From Balanoglossus misakiensis (Eukaryota > Animalia > Hemichordata): a stretch of 64,000 nt of DNA. Under the pieces are notes generated by a model that ran no database searches, was not told the origin of the DNA, and worked only from the letters and a program-made list of their open reading frames with translations. Positions 1 through 11,545 of this stretch are shown here, piece by piece. Where the stretch lies: positions 4,828,699 to 4,892,698 of the forward strand of contig CM082581.2 of NCBI GenBank assembly GCA_040954595.2, written 5' to 3'. Each line of letters starts with the position of its first letter. The first letter of the stretch is position 1. Both the position numbers and the translations under genes were made by a program.

Positions 1-1487
1 CTGTCAGAAATTTGCCGTACTTTAGAAGGGTAAACTTTGAATGGGCATACGACTGAAAAAAATCGTTTAAAGAAAGTACTATAACTTACTGACAATATGA
101 CGAGGCTTTTGATTGTTGTTATGCATTTATACCTTAAATGCTCAACAAGTTTTATACTGGAAACAGCTATTTTTATTCCTTCAGATCCAAAAACATTAGA
201 CTTAGCCTTTAAAAGTAATATAGGTATATATAAGTCTCCTACATGTAGGCAACATCAATGGGAGCTCCACAGATAGAACGGTGACAGTCACAACATAGTC
301 AATTTACTTGAAATTGTGTTCTTACAGCGAGTTCTAATTTGTGATGGATCACGATTGCCTGTTGCAATAAGATTCCAACGCCATTATGATTAGACTGAAG
401 TAAGCGTTACGTAACGATGACGCAGTAGTTGTCCTTGCTCAGAGAAAAACCTAATCATAAAAAGGGCACGCAGCAATTATAATCTGAAATGTGGTGCGTC
501 AAAACGTGTGATTGTTTAGAAGATCCTGTAAAAATTGGCAATATAACCTTGAAGATGACTTCTGAACTATTCTGCGCAATAGCCAACTCATAGTGAGATG
601 GTAACGGTTTGCTCACCAACATTGGAAAGATTTCAGTGGCCGGGGTGTGAAACAGGAGATTTTACCACTATGGCCTGGAGTCATAAAAGACCTGAAAAAC
701 CGTAATCCCCTAAACCTATGCTATAAACGATTCAGTTGAGACCTAGCTAGATCGATCGGATTAAGCAGAATAAACCGCTTAGGTAATATGCTAAGAAAAT
801 TAATCGCTGAAAGATAACCTGTGCAATCGGTTGACGAAAATAATACGATCGACAATCTAGGAGCGCCTTGTTATGTCGTGTGGTTCCAAGTACTTTACTG
901 TTGGAGTGTTCACCAAGGTTTGGTTCTCCGTGTATACCGAACAGTTGTCATTTAACCTTTCCAATTGCCCTGGTCGCCAAGTTTTATCGCTGTGAATAGA
1001 CTGTTAGTACCGGTCTTTTCTTTATTTACATTCATGGCTGTTAGATGTTTTAATATTTGCTAGAATTGTGTGTGTATAAATTTAAATACCGGTGTTCCAA
1101 ACTCGAAAAGGTCAATATAACTTCTTTTCTCCGACAAGAGTGAAACACGGCAAAACAAAAACAGACCAATTTTGGCAACTTATAGCTTCAATATAAGTGC
1201 ATGTATGAGCTTTTGTAGAAAAGTACGCATGCAGCAACCAGTCATCAAAACACATAAATTGTTCATTCATTCGGTTCTTGTGCTAACGATGTCGATACTG
1301 TCAGAACGCGAATGAGAAAAATACACTTTAAAAGCTTTTTACGATTCCCAAATGAAACTTTCATATGTAACATTCAGTATATTCCCTGGAGCGTAAAAAA
1401 CAAAGTATGAAATAAATATACAACAAATTGAGATATTCAAAATAAGAAATGTATGCTTTTCGAGGGACATGTTGCTTATAAAGTATC

Positions 1488-1578
1488 CATTCATTCATTC
1501 ATTCATTCATTCATTCATTCATTCATTCATTCATTCATTCATTCATTCATTCATTCATTCATTCATTCATTCATTCAT
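1488..1578. repeat. (CATT)n microsatellite
   Basis: Perfect tetranucleotide run. Confidence 0.98.
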
Positions 1579-4409
1579 ACTATTACAATGGTTGACTAGT
1601 TTGATGTATCTTGCAATTTATCTCGCAAGTTGCGCAACAAAAAAGATAATAATATTTACATAAGTACATCTTATCTGTCTGGTGTTATTTTTGTTTTTAG
1701 CATGCGGCGAGTTATAGGCCTGGTTGCAATTGCATTTAGCAATTATTATACTACAGACTATACCAGTATACTGTTCTTAATCTGACCAAGCTGCCACCAC
1801 ATCGACATTATATGTTTTGCAAGTGTATGTGCGCTATCTGCAAGTGCTTGTGATTGTTAAAGAGAAAGCTATGGGGATAAATGACGTATTACTAAGTAAA
1901 CGGTCAGAAAACTGATAATGGGGGAAGTAAGAAGGCTTGCGTTGAAATGACTATATAGTGTCTTTTGTGATTTGTCATTTAACAAACAATGCGAAAGGGA
2001 ACCATTCCGTTGTGATCAATTGCACAGCCTTTGGCTTAATGGAAGTTCAACTTGAAGCAACCGGAAAAAACATCCAACTGTGTGGTCGCCGTGACGTTTT
2101 ACCCTAAAGTCATGTTTTGGGGCAAGGTTGTCGAAATGTAGAGACTTTTAGATTCGAGTTTCTATGCTGAATATTATATGCACCAAATCAGATACCTCAT
2201 AAATAGTGCACGGCCCTTACAGCTCCATGATCACTCGCACAACGAAAACATAGTACTGCTGCATTGTAAGATGTTGTGACAAATGCATGCTTCCTCCAAG
2301 TATCAAGAAATACTCCCACTTAAAAGCAGTGTGTTAATTACAAACAACAATAATATGTGTGTTCCTCTACCTATCCGTCGTCCGAAGTCAAATTGAAAAC
2401 ATGATTCACTGAAAACACGAGAACGAATGACATACAATATGGTACTTTTACGTTCATAGGAAGATCTCGTCCTGATACATGTAAGATTGCGGAGATCATG
2501 ATTTGCATAATTAAGAGTAATTTGAATACCTGTACCTTTTTTTCTCTGGATGATACCTTGCCAATAGTGGGGTGTGATTTCACACGTCCTTTGATATTAT
2601 GCTGACAGCTTGATAAAGACAACATGCACGTACAGATTACTGGCCTGGCTCATTTCTATTCATATCTTGGAGATCATCATCATTTTCTAGCAATATGCAC
2701 CAAATTCGTTGCGGTTATTTTAGATAAATATCCCTTCTTCCAAAAAACTCTCATGCAAATCATTGCAAATACTTGACAAGATACTAGTAATCCTTCTCGT
2801 TGTTAAAACATTATGAAAAACTGAGGTCAAGCACATAAGCTTATGCATACTTGATTCGTTGCTTTTAAACGTTTAGAATTCAAAGACACTGTACTCATAC
2901 AACATTTAAAAATGTCAAGAATAATCGTATGTTTATCGGCCGAAATCTGTGACCATCTTTCTATGAAAAAAAGTAATTTCATGTGAAGGTTGAGTGAAGA
3001 TTTCCAAAATATTCAATGATAACGAATGCGTTTGCAGTTCACGTATAATTTAACTAAGTGTTTGAATTTACTGTCGACTGCTTAGAGGTCTTCCAGTGTT
3101 ATAACATGTGGCGATGTTATTTTCTATAGGCCCATCCTTTCAGGTTAAAAATACATAATTGATGTACATAAAAGACTACAAAAATGTGTTAAGTGATACA
3201 CACTCAGAAAAAATGGTCGACATCTGTTTGTTATGGTGATAGAGTACGTGTTAATAATACACGACATATGATTTTTAAATCACTAAAACGACTGTTTCAT
3301 GGGCGCGCCCCGCATGTTCCACTGAAGCAGCAATGACCTGCAGAAGATACTGCAGAACAAAAAAATGCAGCAATTATTACAATGATTACGGCGTATGGTG
3401 CGTCGACTCTTGATGTTCGCGGACACAGAATTAAACTGTGCATGTTTATACAAGCAATTACTATCATGTTATTGTTGGAGAATCAGGGTGCGTATCTATA
3501 TAATTCCTTTAACCACTTGTCACATCTCTTTTGGTATTTACTACTTTTCTCATTCAGTTTATTCACATCACGGAGAATGAGCAACATTGTATTTATATTG
3601 GATAATTTATTTCATACTCACACTAACCCAGAAATGGCTTAATTGATGTTTGCTGGGTTATCGCCCATATCGATACATAATTATTTCCTGGAAACATGAG
3701 TTATCATTGAATTTGGTTTGTGGATTGATAACTTTTCAATCAGATTTCTAGCACGTTTCATTTTCGAAGAACAATTTAGTATTTCCAAAACTAGTTGTCT
3801 GGTTTCATTATTGTATGGCTTAGAGGATTTGCGGGTGTTCAATTTTATATGTGTTCCACTTGTTATTATATTGACTAAAGAAATGTAATTGGTTTGGGCC
3901 AAATATCTTTTTCTCATACGCCGACTGGAAATTTGTTGTGCTAAAACAGTCTCAAAATAATGTTTTATTCTAAACACTATGATTATTATTTCTTCCTGTT
4001 TTCATTCATTATTAAATTACTACATGGTAAAATTTGCAAAGAGACTGTCGACGTTATTTAATTCGTTATCTCAGTTATATGAATGCTTGTGCATATTTTG
4101 TCTACTGCTCTGCTACAAAGTTATTACCGCTTAGGTTATCTCACGGTTAACGAAAGATAATAACTATGAAGGAAGGTTTACTTGCTGAGATTATAGCTGT
4201 ATTATTTGAGAAAGAAGCATAATGCAAATATTCGCAAAATTTGCGTAGACAGATTTGGGCAGGTTCGACCCTTTCAAAGGTCGCTTCAATTTTTTATGAC
4301 TCTTGTGTACGAACTAATCCGTCTCAGAAGGATACTCGGTCTTTGAGTCGCCTGCTTGAATTTTTTCCCTTTAAGTATATACCTTCATTCAGTAAGGAGT
4401 AGGCCTATT

Positions 4410-4878
4410 AAACCTAGGATACAAGATCACATAAGGAAGATTTCACTTGACCCTGATGAAGTCACGGTCATGTCGTTATCATGAAAGCAAGGTCAATAGC
4501 GAGGTTCTTAAAATTTGCTGTTACAACCATAGATTAATAGCGATAAATACATGTTAGTCGATTATGCAAGTGATTCTGTGAATGTAGCAATGCTAGAAAT
4601 GTGCTCTCTCATCGACATTGATGTTTCCATTAACATGTCTGCCACGCCCATCAAAATCTAATCTGGTTTTGGCATTGATAAAGCATGTCCTTCACACTAA
4701 ATTGGACACGAATTCACCCAGTCGTACGTGAGATATCGAGGCAGACATAGAGAGAGAGGGGGAGGGAGGGAGGGTCGGAGGGGGAGGGGGGAGGTAGGGA
4801 GGGCAGACAGGGCAACAAACGCACAGAAAGACATCGATATGATATTAGCTGCCGCGTGTGAACTTGTGGGCTAACAAC
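4410..4878 (-). mobile_element. Degraded HINE/DINE-like remnant with a G-rich internal microsatellite
   Basis: caaaatctaatc...aaattgg...tgagatatc...(GGGA)n/cagacag core...attagc..gggctaa, the typical layout of these elements in reverse orientation. Confidence 0.35.
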
Positions 4879-5840
4879 TATAGATCAAACAGCTACCAAA
4901 GTCTTTGCGTCAGGTTGATCTCGTGAGGTGAATAATAATCATGGGAACGTTGGCTATATCATATGCCAGCTATTGACAATGATGTGGATAGATGAATTTA
5001 ATCAGTCTTGATAATTGTGTCTTTTACCTGGCAACTGATCTGCCGTTTCTCTGCCATAGCTATTTGAACATCAGTCAATCTCTGTATGGAGGTTTCCATT
5101 TATTGACGAATTGCTTTATAGTTCACAACACGTATTTTACACCTGACCACGTGTTCTCCATTCAGACAAGCTGCATATACAGTGACCACTCTTGGTTTAG
5201 AGTGGTTATTCGATGTTTTGAAGGGCACATGTTACCACGGAAACCAGTCTCTAACCTACAGGCAAGTTTCGTTAATGATGCGCAAATCGCGTAAAATTGT
5301 AGCGTCGCGAGAACACCATCTACAATGCAGCAAACACCCCGACAAACCGAGTGTTCGAATGAGATTAAATTAAAACCATTAACTGCTTAATAATCTTCAC
5401 AGTCGACCTGCGCCATATTAATATCACTGAGTTCGGCGCCCTTATTATAATAGGAATTCACGGCATCGAAATTAAGAAAATAATCACTGGGTATATGTCA
5501 TGCATCGAGAAATAAAAGACTGTTGGGGCGTAAAACACGCATTATCTACACCCATGGAATAGAATAAGCGATGACATTTAGGCATCATTCACAGCACGCT
5601 CACTTCACACGTGCCCGCGTGTACATGTATACATCGAATTCACCATCGAAACGTTTCTATTATTTGAGCTCTGCTCAATTAGCTACATGTATATCGTATT
5701 GAAGCATCAAAAGTGTAACCTTGATGATTGTTTTCTTCCTTGTATCATCAAATTCAATGTACAATATGTCATCGTATATCGATACATTAAAATGTGTGTA
5801 GAGGGCTCCTGCTTTCCATTTTCATTTTGCTAATGCGTTT

Positions 5841-6018
5841 TATGTATGTATGTATGTATGTATGTATGTATGTATGTATGTATGTATGTATGTATGTATG
5901 TATGTATGTATGTATGTATGTATGTATGTATGTATGTATGTATGTATGTATGTATGTATGTATGTATGTATGTATGTATGTATGTATGTATGTATGTATG
6001 TATGTATGTATGTATGTA

Positions 6019-6064
<46 letters not shown>

Positions 6065-6147
6065 CATGCATGCGTGTGCATGCATGCAGGCAGGCAGGCA
6101 GATAGGTAGGTAGGTAGGTTGGTAGGTAGGTTGGTAGGTATGTATGT
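5841..6147. repeat. Compound microsatellite (TATG)n-(TG)n-(CATG)n-(GCAG)n-(GTAG)n
   Basis: Directly visible. Confidence 0.98.
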
Positions 6148-8375
6148 AATGCGTTGTGTTCAACAGATAATACGACAGGGTGTCTTTGATAACATTTTAC
6201 ATTATTCTGTATTTCATATTTTCTCTGGAGGCTATTGATAAGGCTACGAAAGTGATGTATTGTTAAGGCATAAATGAACCTGGTTTTTGTTTTTTTTCGA
6301 AGGCGAAGGTTGTCCCAACAGTTACAGTGGTTATTTCCCATTATAGATACAGTTTGAAGGAATCGAGCAACATTTCCTATACCCCGCATGAAAAGATACG
6401 CGCGTGTGTCTAAACCAGTCCATTAACAATGAGAGAAAATCAATGAGTCTGTCAAAATTGGCAATTTATCATATCTGTCTGTGCTTTTAAAAGCCTTTAT
6501 TTCGTGGTACCTGGAGTTTGTGGGAGATTAATAATACTTAGCAGCATACTTTGCTTCTTTGGTGATATCAAGCATGGAAGTATATTCGGCTAATGACGAT
6601 GAGGAGGGAAAGTAGGTCACACTTGTGAAACATTTATTTGTATTGGACGACAAAGATGGCGGTATGCTGGCCAGATTCGTAAAGTCAAAGTATACGAAAT
6701 CCATGAAACCCTTGGAGATGTCAAGTTGGTTGCCTGGATAAAGGAGAATAGGTCATTCAAAATCCACGATTGTGTACATTGTATATACTTGCAATGGGAA
6801 CTGGGCCGCTGTCACAACGCGCTTGGTGTGGAAAAAAACTGGGGGAAAACTCCAGCCTATGCGTGAGCTGCATGACCTATATTGCGCTCTTGCCGATGAC
6901 GGCAGAGAAAGCTGATCGCCTATACAGTGCTGCCTATATACCCATAACAGAGAAGAGTATCGTGCATTACAAAACTACTATAGAGAAATGTATCCAGCTT
7001 GGAGCCCGGTCAACAAAGCTTATACACCGGGCTATTACAGGAAGAAACATTTCTGAAGCCATGCACGGAGAGTTCAACGACGATAAGAGTCCAGAGGCTC
7101 GGATTGCATTTGAAAAGAGGGACTTTCAAGCTGATGAACAACAGCCCTTGTTGAAAAACAAAAGCGAGATGTGCTTGAATGCAGAAAGTGTAACATGCGC
7201 AGCAGAGAGTGATGACTCAAAGCAGTATCGATATCAAAGACCGCACTGCGCAGCGCAACCAAAAGTCACAGATAACAAACCAATCTCTCCGGGAATGGTA
7301 ACAATCGATCTTTCAAACGTGCCGATGCATGGCACACGCTGCGGGTACTACAGATGACTATGGCCAAAAAGACATTCAACTATGTCACGGTGAAACTGAC
7401 AACACTGTTTACCACATCAAACGTACGGAGTGGAATGAAGATAAAGACGTATTCGAGACGGATAAAACACCGACAAGTTTTTATGATGAAATCCTAGCAA
7501 TTGAATACTCAAGTCAGGGTACGTCGTAAGAAAACGGGAGGGTGTATGCGACATTGCCTATCGCGATTTTCTCTCTTTCTTCTCAAGTCTGCACAGAAGC
7601 CCCCGATAACTTTGGCATTTTATCAATAACTAAGTGTAAGCAAGGGAAAGAACAGAAACGTTTAGTGGGGCTGTGTCTAATAGTCTCATAGTCTTTCCCT
7701 TTGTCCATGTTATCTTAGTTTCCAAACGTCACCCAAAGAGCTCACATAATGGCAAGACTTCCCACTTTTTTCTCACTCTGTTTCCTGTCACAAGGTAATT
7801 GCACTTTGCTCGGCAAATAAAGTGAGGATGTAAACTGCGTTGCTCACGTTTCTTAATCCACTTTAAATTCTGTGCGTCGCCGGTGTGTTTTTCCCAGGGT
7901 TACATGTTCTTTTTTTTGCTTTAGGTAAGCATTTCTGTCTTGCTTGTATGTTTTTTTCAATTGCATTGTCATGTCTAAATCTTATCCTCGTGTAAGCCCT
8001 TGGCCTGGCCTGACGTTTGCTGACAAAAATACTCCCTTTGGCATTAACCCCTTTTCTCATATGCAGCTGTCTCTATTGCACCTGTCACATACCATTTGAC
8101 CATGAATTAATTTACTGGGAATCGTACACCTGTTAAAAGCAAAGTGTGCTTATTTTGATTTTATGTCAGTCACTGATATAGGTAATAATATATACTTGTA
8201 AAAATATCAATATTTTAACTGTATTGACGATACTTTGTGTCTCTAAATACGTCTGTGAAAATAAATCAATGTTTTTGAGTCAATCAACCGGGTTGTTTTA
8301 AAAACATTCATGTTTTCTGGCAATAATTGTTGTTATCGTCGTTATATTCTAATGGTTTTCGTTCTTGTTGATTAA

Positions 8376-8690
8376 AGCCCCAATAGCTGCCACTTTTACC
8401 AATTTTTAATTGAAAAAAAGTCGTCAATCTTCTCCTTATTCTTAATCGACAAATGACAGTAATTTAACTTTGTTGATATTTTAATACCCATATGCGCATA
8501 CCAAGTAAATGTACTTGTGTACTCTTGCAATTGGCATTTGAATAAATGGGTGCGGCACCCTTTTATTATTTAACTTGTTTATATTTACATGTGCAACCAC
8601 AATCAGTAGTTGATGATATGTTTGGGTATACCCATCAATTAACTCAAGGTTAATCATGAAAATAATTCAAATTTGGTGGCTATTGGGGCT
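8376..8690. mobile_element. Kolobok-like MITE
   Basis: 12-bp perfect TIR AGCCCCAATAGC...GCTATTGGGGCT, flanked by TTAA on both sides (8372-8375, 8691-8694); AG...CT termini fit the Kolobok pattern. Confidence 0.75.
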
Positions 8691-10307
8691 TTAATATACA
8701 TGTAGTCGATGATTATATTGCTAGAATACTTTGGTGTTTTTTTTCGTTGTTTGTTTGTGTGTTTGTTTGTTTGTTTGTTTGTTCGTTGTTGGTGGTGTTG
8801 TTGCTGCTGCTGCTGCCGTTGCTGCTGCGACTGCTTTAAAATTTATTGTTGCTGTTATGCTTTTCGTCATGTGTATAGAGCGCCATTACTAGTAATAGCT
8901 AGTAGTATATAGGTGACGACAGAGCAGAAATTGAAGAATTGATCTAACTGCAGTGCGCCGAATGTTTTCATTGTTTAACAGCCCGTCTCGCTGTGTCAGG
9001 TTATATTCTGAGAAGCGAGTAATCCTGTCAGAGTAGGGCGAGATACCTGTTTTGTCAGATGCCATAAACGTCTTTTTAATTCAAACACAGCGTGCCCAGC
9101 AGAGAACATAACGGGGTATTTGCTGAATCCGCGACGCCATCCGCTGGGAATCGCCCGCAGTTGACATAAACAGGCCACGGCTTACAAATTTATGTTTGGA
9201 TGGGTATTTAGTTACTTGGAACAGGTGTAATGAAAAACCGATACCCATGGGATGGAGTCAGGCTTTTTGATCACTCAGTCGATTCCCCCGGTAGAAAATA
9301 GTGCTCCTTCTGCCTTGTTGCGGGCAAACAAGGAGGAAATCGATGAGGGCCAACGAGCCGTCACCGCTCTGTTGATTTCCAACAGAACGTCGACCTGCAA
9401 TCGTCGTCCATCTCGATAACGTTGCTATTGTTTATAACGATAACGCCATATATCTAATCCGTTATGCGTTTTTGATTACAGTCATTATGCAATGCGTTAT
9501 GACTTGCGATAGTATCGTCATTTATTGGAAGGCGATTGCATGTTGATAGCGTGCAGTGCATATAATCAAGGGCGTAACCAGACTAGTAGAGGCAATTCAT
9601 TAATATTCACCGATCGGAAACTCGCCAGATAATCTTCAATCGCCCATCAGGAGCCGCCCACTTGCATTTTGTTCCGTGCCATCAACACAATTTGGCAAGC
9701 GTGAAAGTTCAGTCAATCGTATGAGCGATCGACTGGTCGCATAAATGAGCACGATACATTGCTGGAAAGCCATCAATCATGTTTCTCTCTGCGTTTTAGT
9801 ACGTTTGTAATGACATAAGCCTTTTTACAGCGCTCAATTGCTTCTTGTTTACAGTGACATTAATGGGTTTGTTTTATAAAATAAAGTTGAGATGCAGTTG
9901 AAGTGCTTTCAATTGAAGGGCCCAGGCTGCCCATAACTTTTCTCATCCGCCACAAAACGAAGCCAACGATGTGAGCGCATATGGGAGATCTGTCAAAAAC
10001 CGTACTTCGGAGCCAGTGGCTTGGAGTGCTACCATTCAGTTTCAACGATTCCCATATCGTAAAAAATCGCTCGAAATGCGCATGTCACTCACGCACACAG
10101 TATTGACGTTCCGCAGAAAACGAACAGTGCTGATGAGTATCGTAAAGTGTTTTGGAAAAGGTTGATTACAAGTTTCAACCCAGCTCAAGGCAGCCACAGC
10201 CCTTTGCCGCGGGTTTGTGTCCAATATATATTTTAATCTCATTTGGCCAGAAAACATTTGGCATGACGCTGGAGATATCCAGCTGAAATGCCATCATGTT
10301 GACTCAC

Positions 10308-10620
10308 CCATTTTGGATGATGTGACCGGATGCAAATGTCAGTGCTTCGGGGGTTACCTCTCTGATTCCATCGTACTGGAGGCATGCTACTTACTTCCGG
10401 GAGGTTTATGCAAATTCGCTCTCTGTGAAGTCTTTCCCAAAGTCGTCCCTCTCGGGCGCGTGCTTAAACATTTTTCGCGCTAGAGGACAACGTATTTACG
10501 ATCTGACTGTACAGAAGAATTCTAAGGAGACTAACCGTTCGGATAGACACGGCTGACAGTTCAGACGCTCGTGGCCTCTGGCCTCACATACAACGTTTCG
10601 TGGCGAATGGTGATACGCTA
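10308..10620 (-). other. Candidate first exon of an unidentified minus-strand gene
   Basis: CCAAAATGG|GTGAGT: Kozak-like ATG (10311-10309) directly followed by a consensus donor, in a CpG-rich tract; upstream 21-aa uORF (10471-10406). No downstream exon found in the window; the 5' boundary is a guess. Confidence 0.4.
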
Positions 10621-11259
10621 TATCATTTAGAAACTTTGTCTCGCAATGTATCCAACGTCAAAGCATTTCCATGAAAGAAAGAAAGAACATTTTCGGTGTA
10701 AACGGCAATAAAATTTGTTCTCTGTGAACAAAAAATCGGTCCCCGTTTATTGCGCTTCAATTGTTTTTCACGTGACGAGTGATCGTCTTCGCGCGCGAAT
10801 CCGACAGTTAACGAAACCGGAAATTCTAAACGACGTGGGTTAATAAAGAGTTTTTTTTGCAGTAAATGTTTAGCCATATATGTGCTCACCTTGGCCTCGT
10901 GCCCAATTATTACCGATGGGAAAAATTCCAAAATGAATGGCATAGCGATAAATTACCGCGTTAGTTGTCGCGTACGGCGATAATAGATATACAGGTCCGT
11001 TGCCAAGGCAAGCAATGGCGATGTAATTAATACGGGACCACCTTAATGCTTTTTCAAATAAATCTGTGACAGTTGCCAGTGTAATCTCTTATGACAATAT
11101 GGCAATAGAAAGGTCGAAATTACATATCACATTCTTGCATTCGGAACCTTTTGTCGAGGATTTGATATAGCTTGATTACACGACGTTAGCACAGAAGAAA
11201 CAAATATAAAAGTAGTATCAAGGACCCTGAACTCGCATTTAATCAAAATTGATACATTG

Positions 11260-11545
11260 ATACATACATACGGATACATACGGATACATACGGATACATA
11301 CATACATACATACATACATACATACATACATACATACATACATACATACATACATACATACATACATACATACATACATACATACATACATACATACATA
11401 CATACATACATACATACATACATACATACATACATACATACATACATACATACATACATACATACATACATACATACATACATACATACATACATACATA
11501 CATACATACATGCGTACGTACGTACGTACGTACGTATACATACAT
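11260..11545. repeat. (CATA)n microsatellite with CGGA variants and a (CGTA)n end
   Basis: Directly visible. Confidence 0.98.

Larger units (their letters stand above)
1701..7529 (+). pseudogene. Decayed TNF-receptor/death-receptor-like gene (candidate 1)
   Basis: In order: acceptor plus ATG signal-like segment (1701); Cys-rich fragments KCVK*, DCFMG, RYCRTKKC, CSRTQN/NCAC, NYYH..GESGC, TTCHISFG (3150-3540); TM-like YFVVPGVCGRLIILSSILCFF (about 6495); death-domain-like RWRYAGQIRKVKVYEI..LVAWIKEN and ELHDLYCALADDGRE (6650-6915). Many stops and frameshifts; read by eye only. Confidence 0.4.

Noticed and set aside
7863-8060. Basic 65-aa minus ORF with a histone H1-like stretch (RKGVNAKGSIF)
   Set aside because: No upstream globular domain in frame, no good acceptor, and the Lys content comes from poly-A runs.
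10308-10311. Identifying the ATG-G|GT exon as Pax1/9
   Set aside because: The exon junction is compatible, but no paired-box exon is present in the 10 kb downstream and many genes share this junction.
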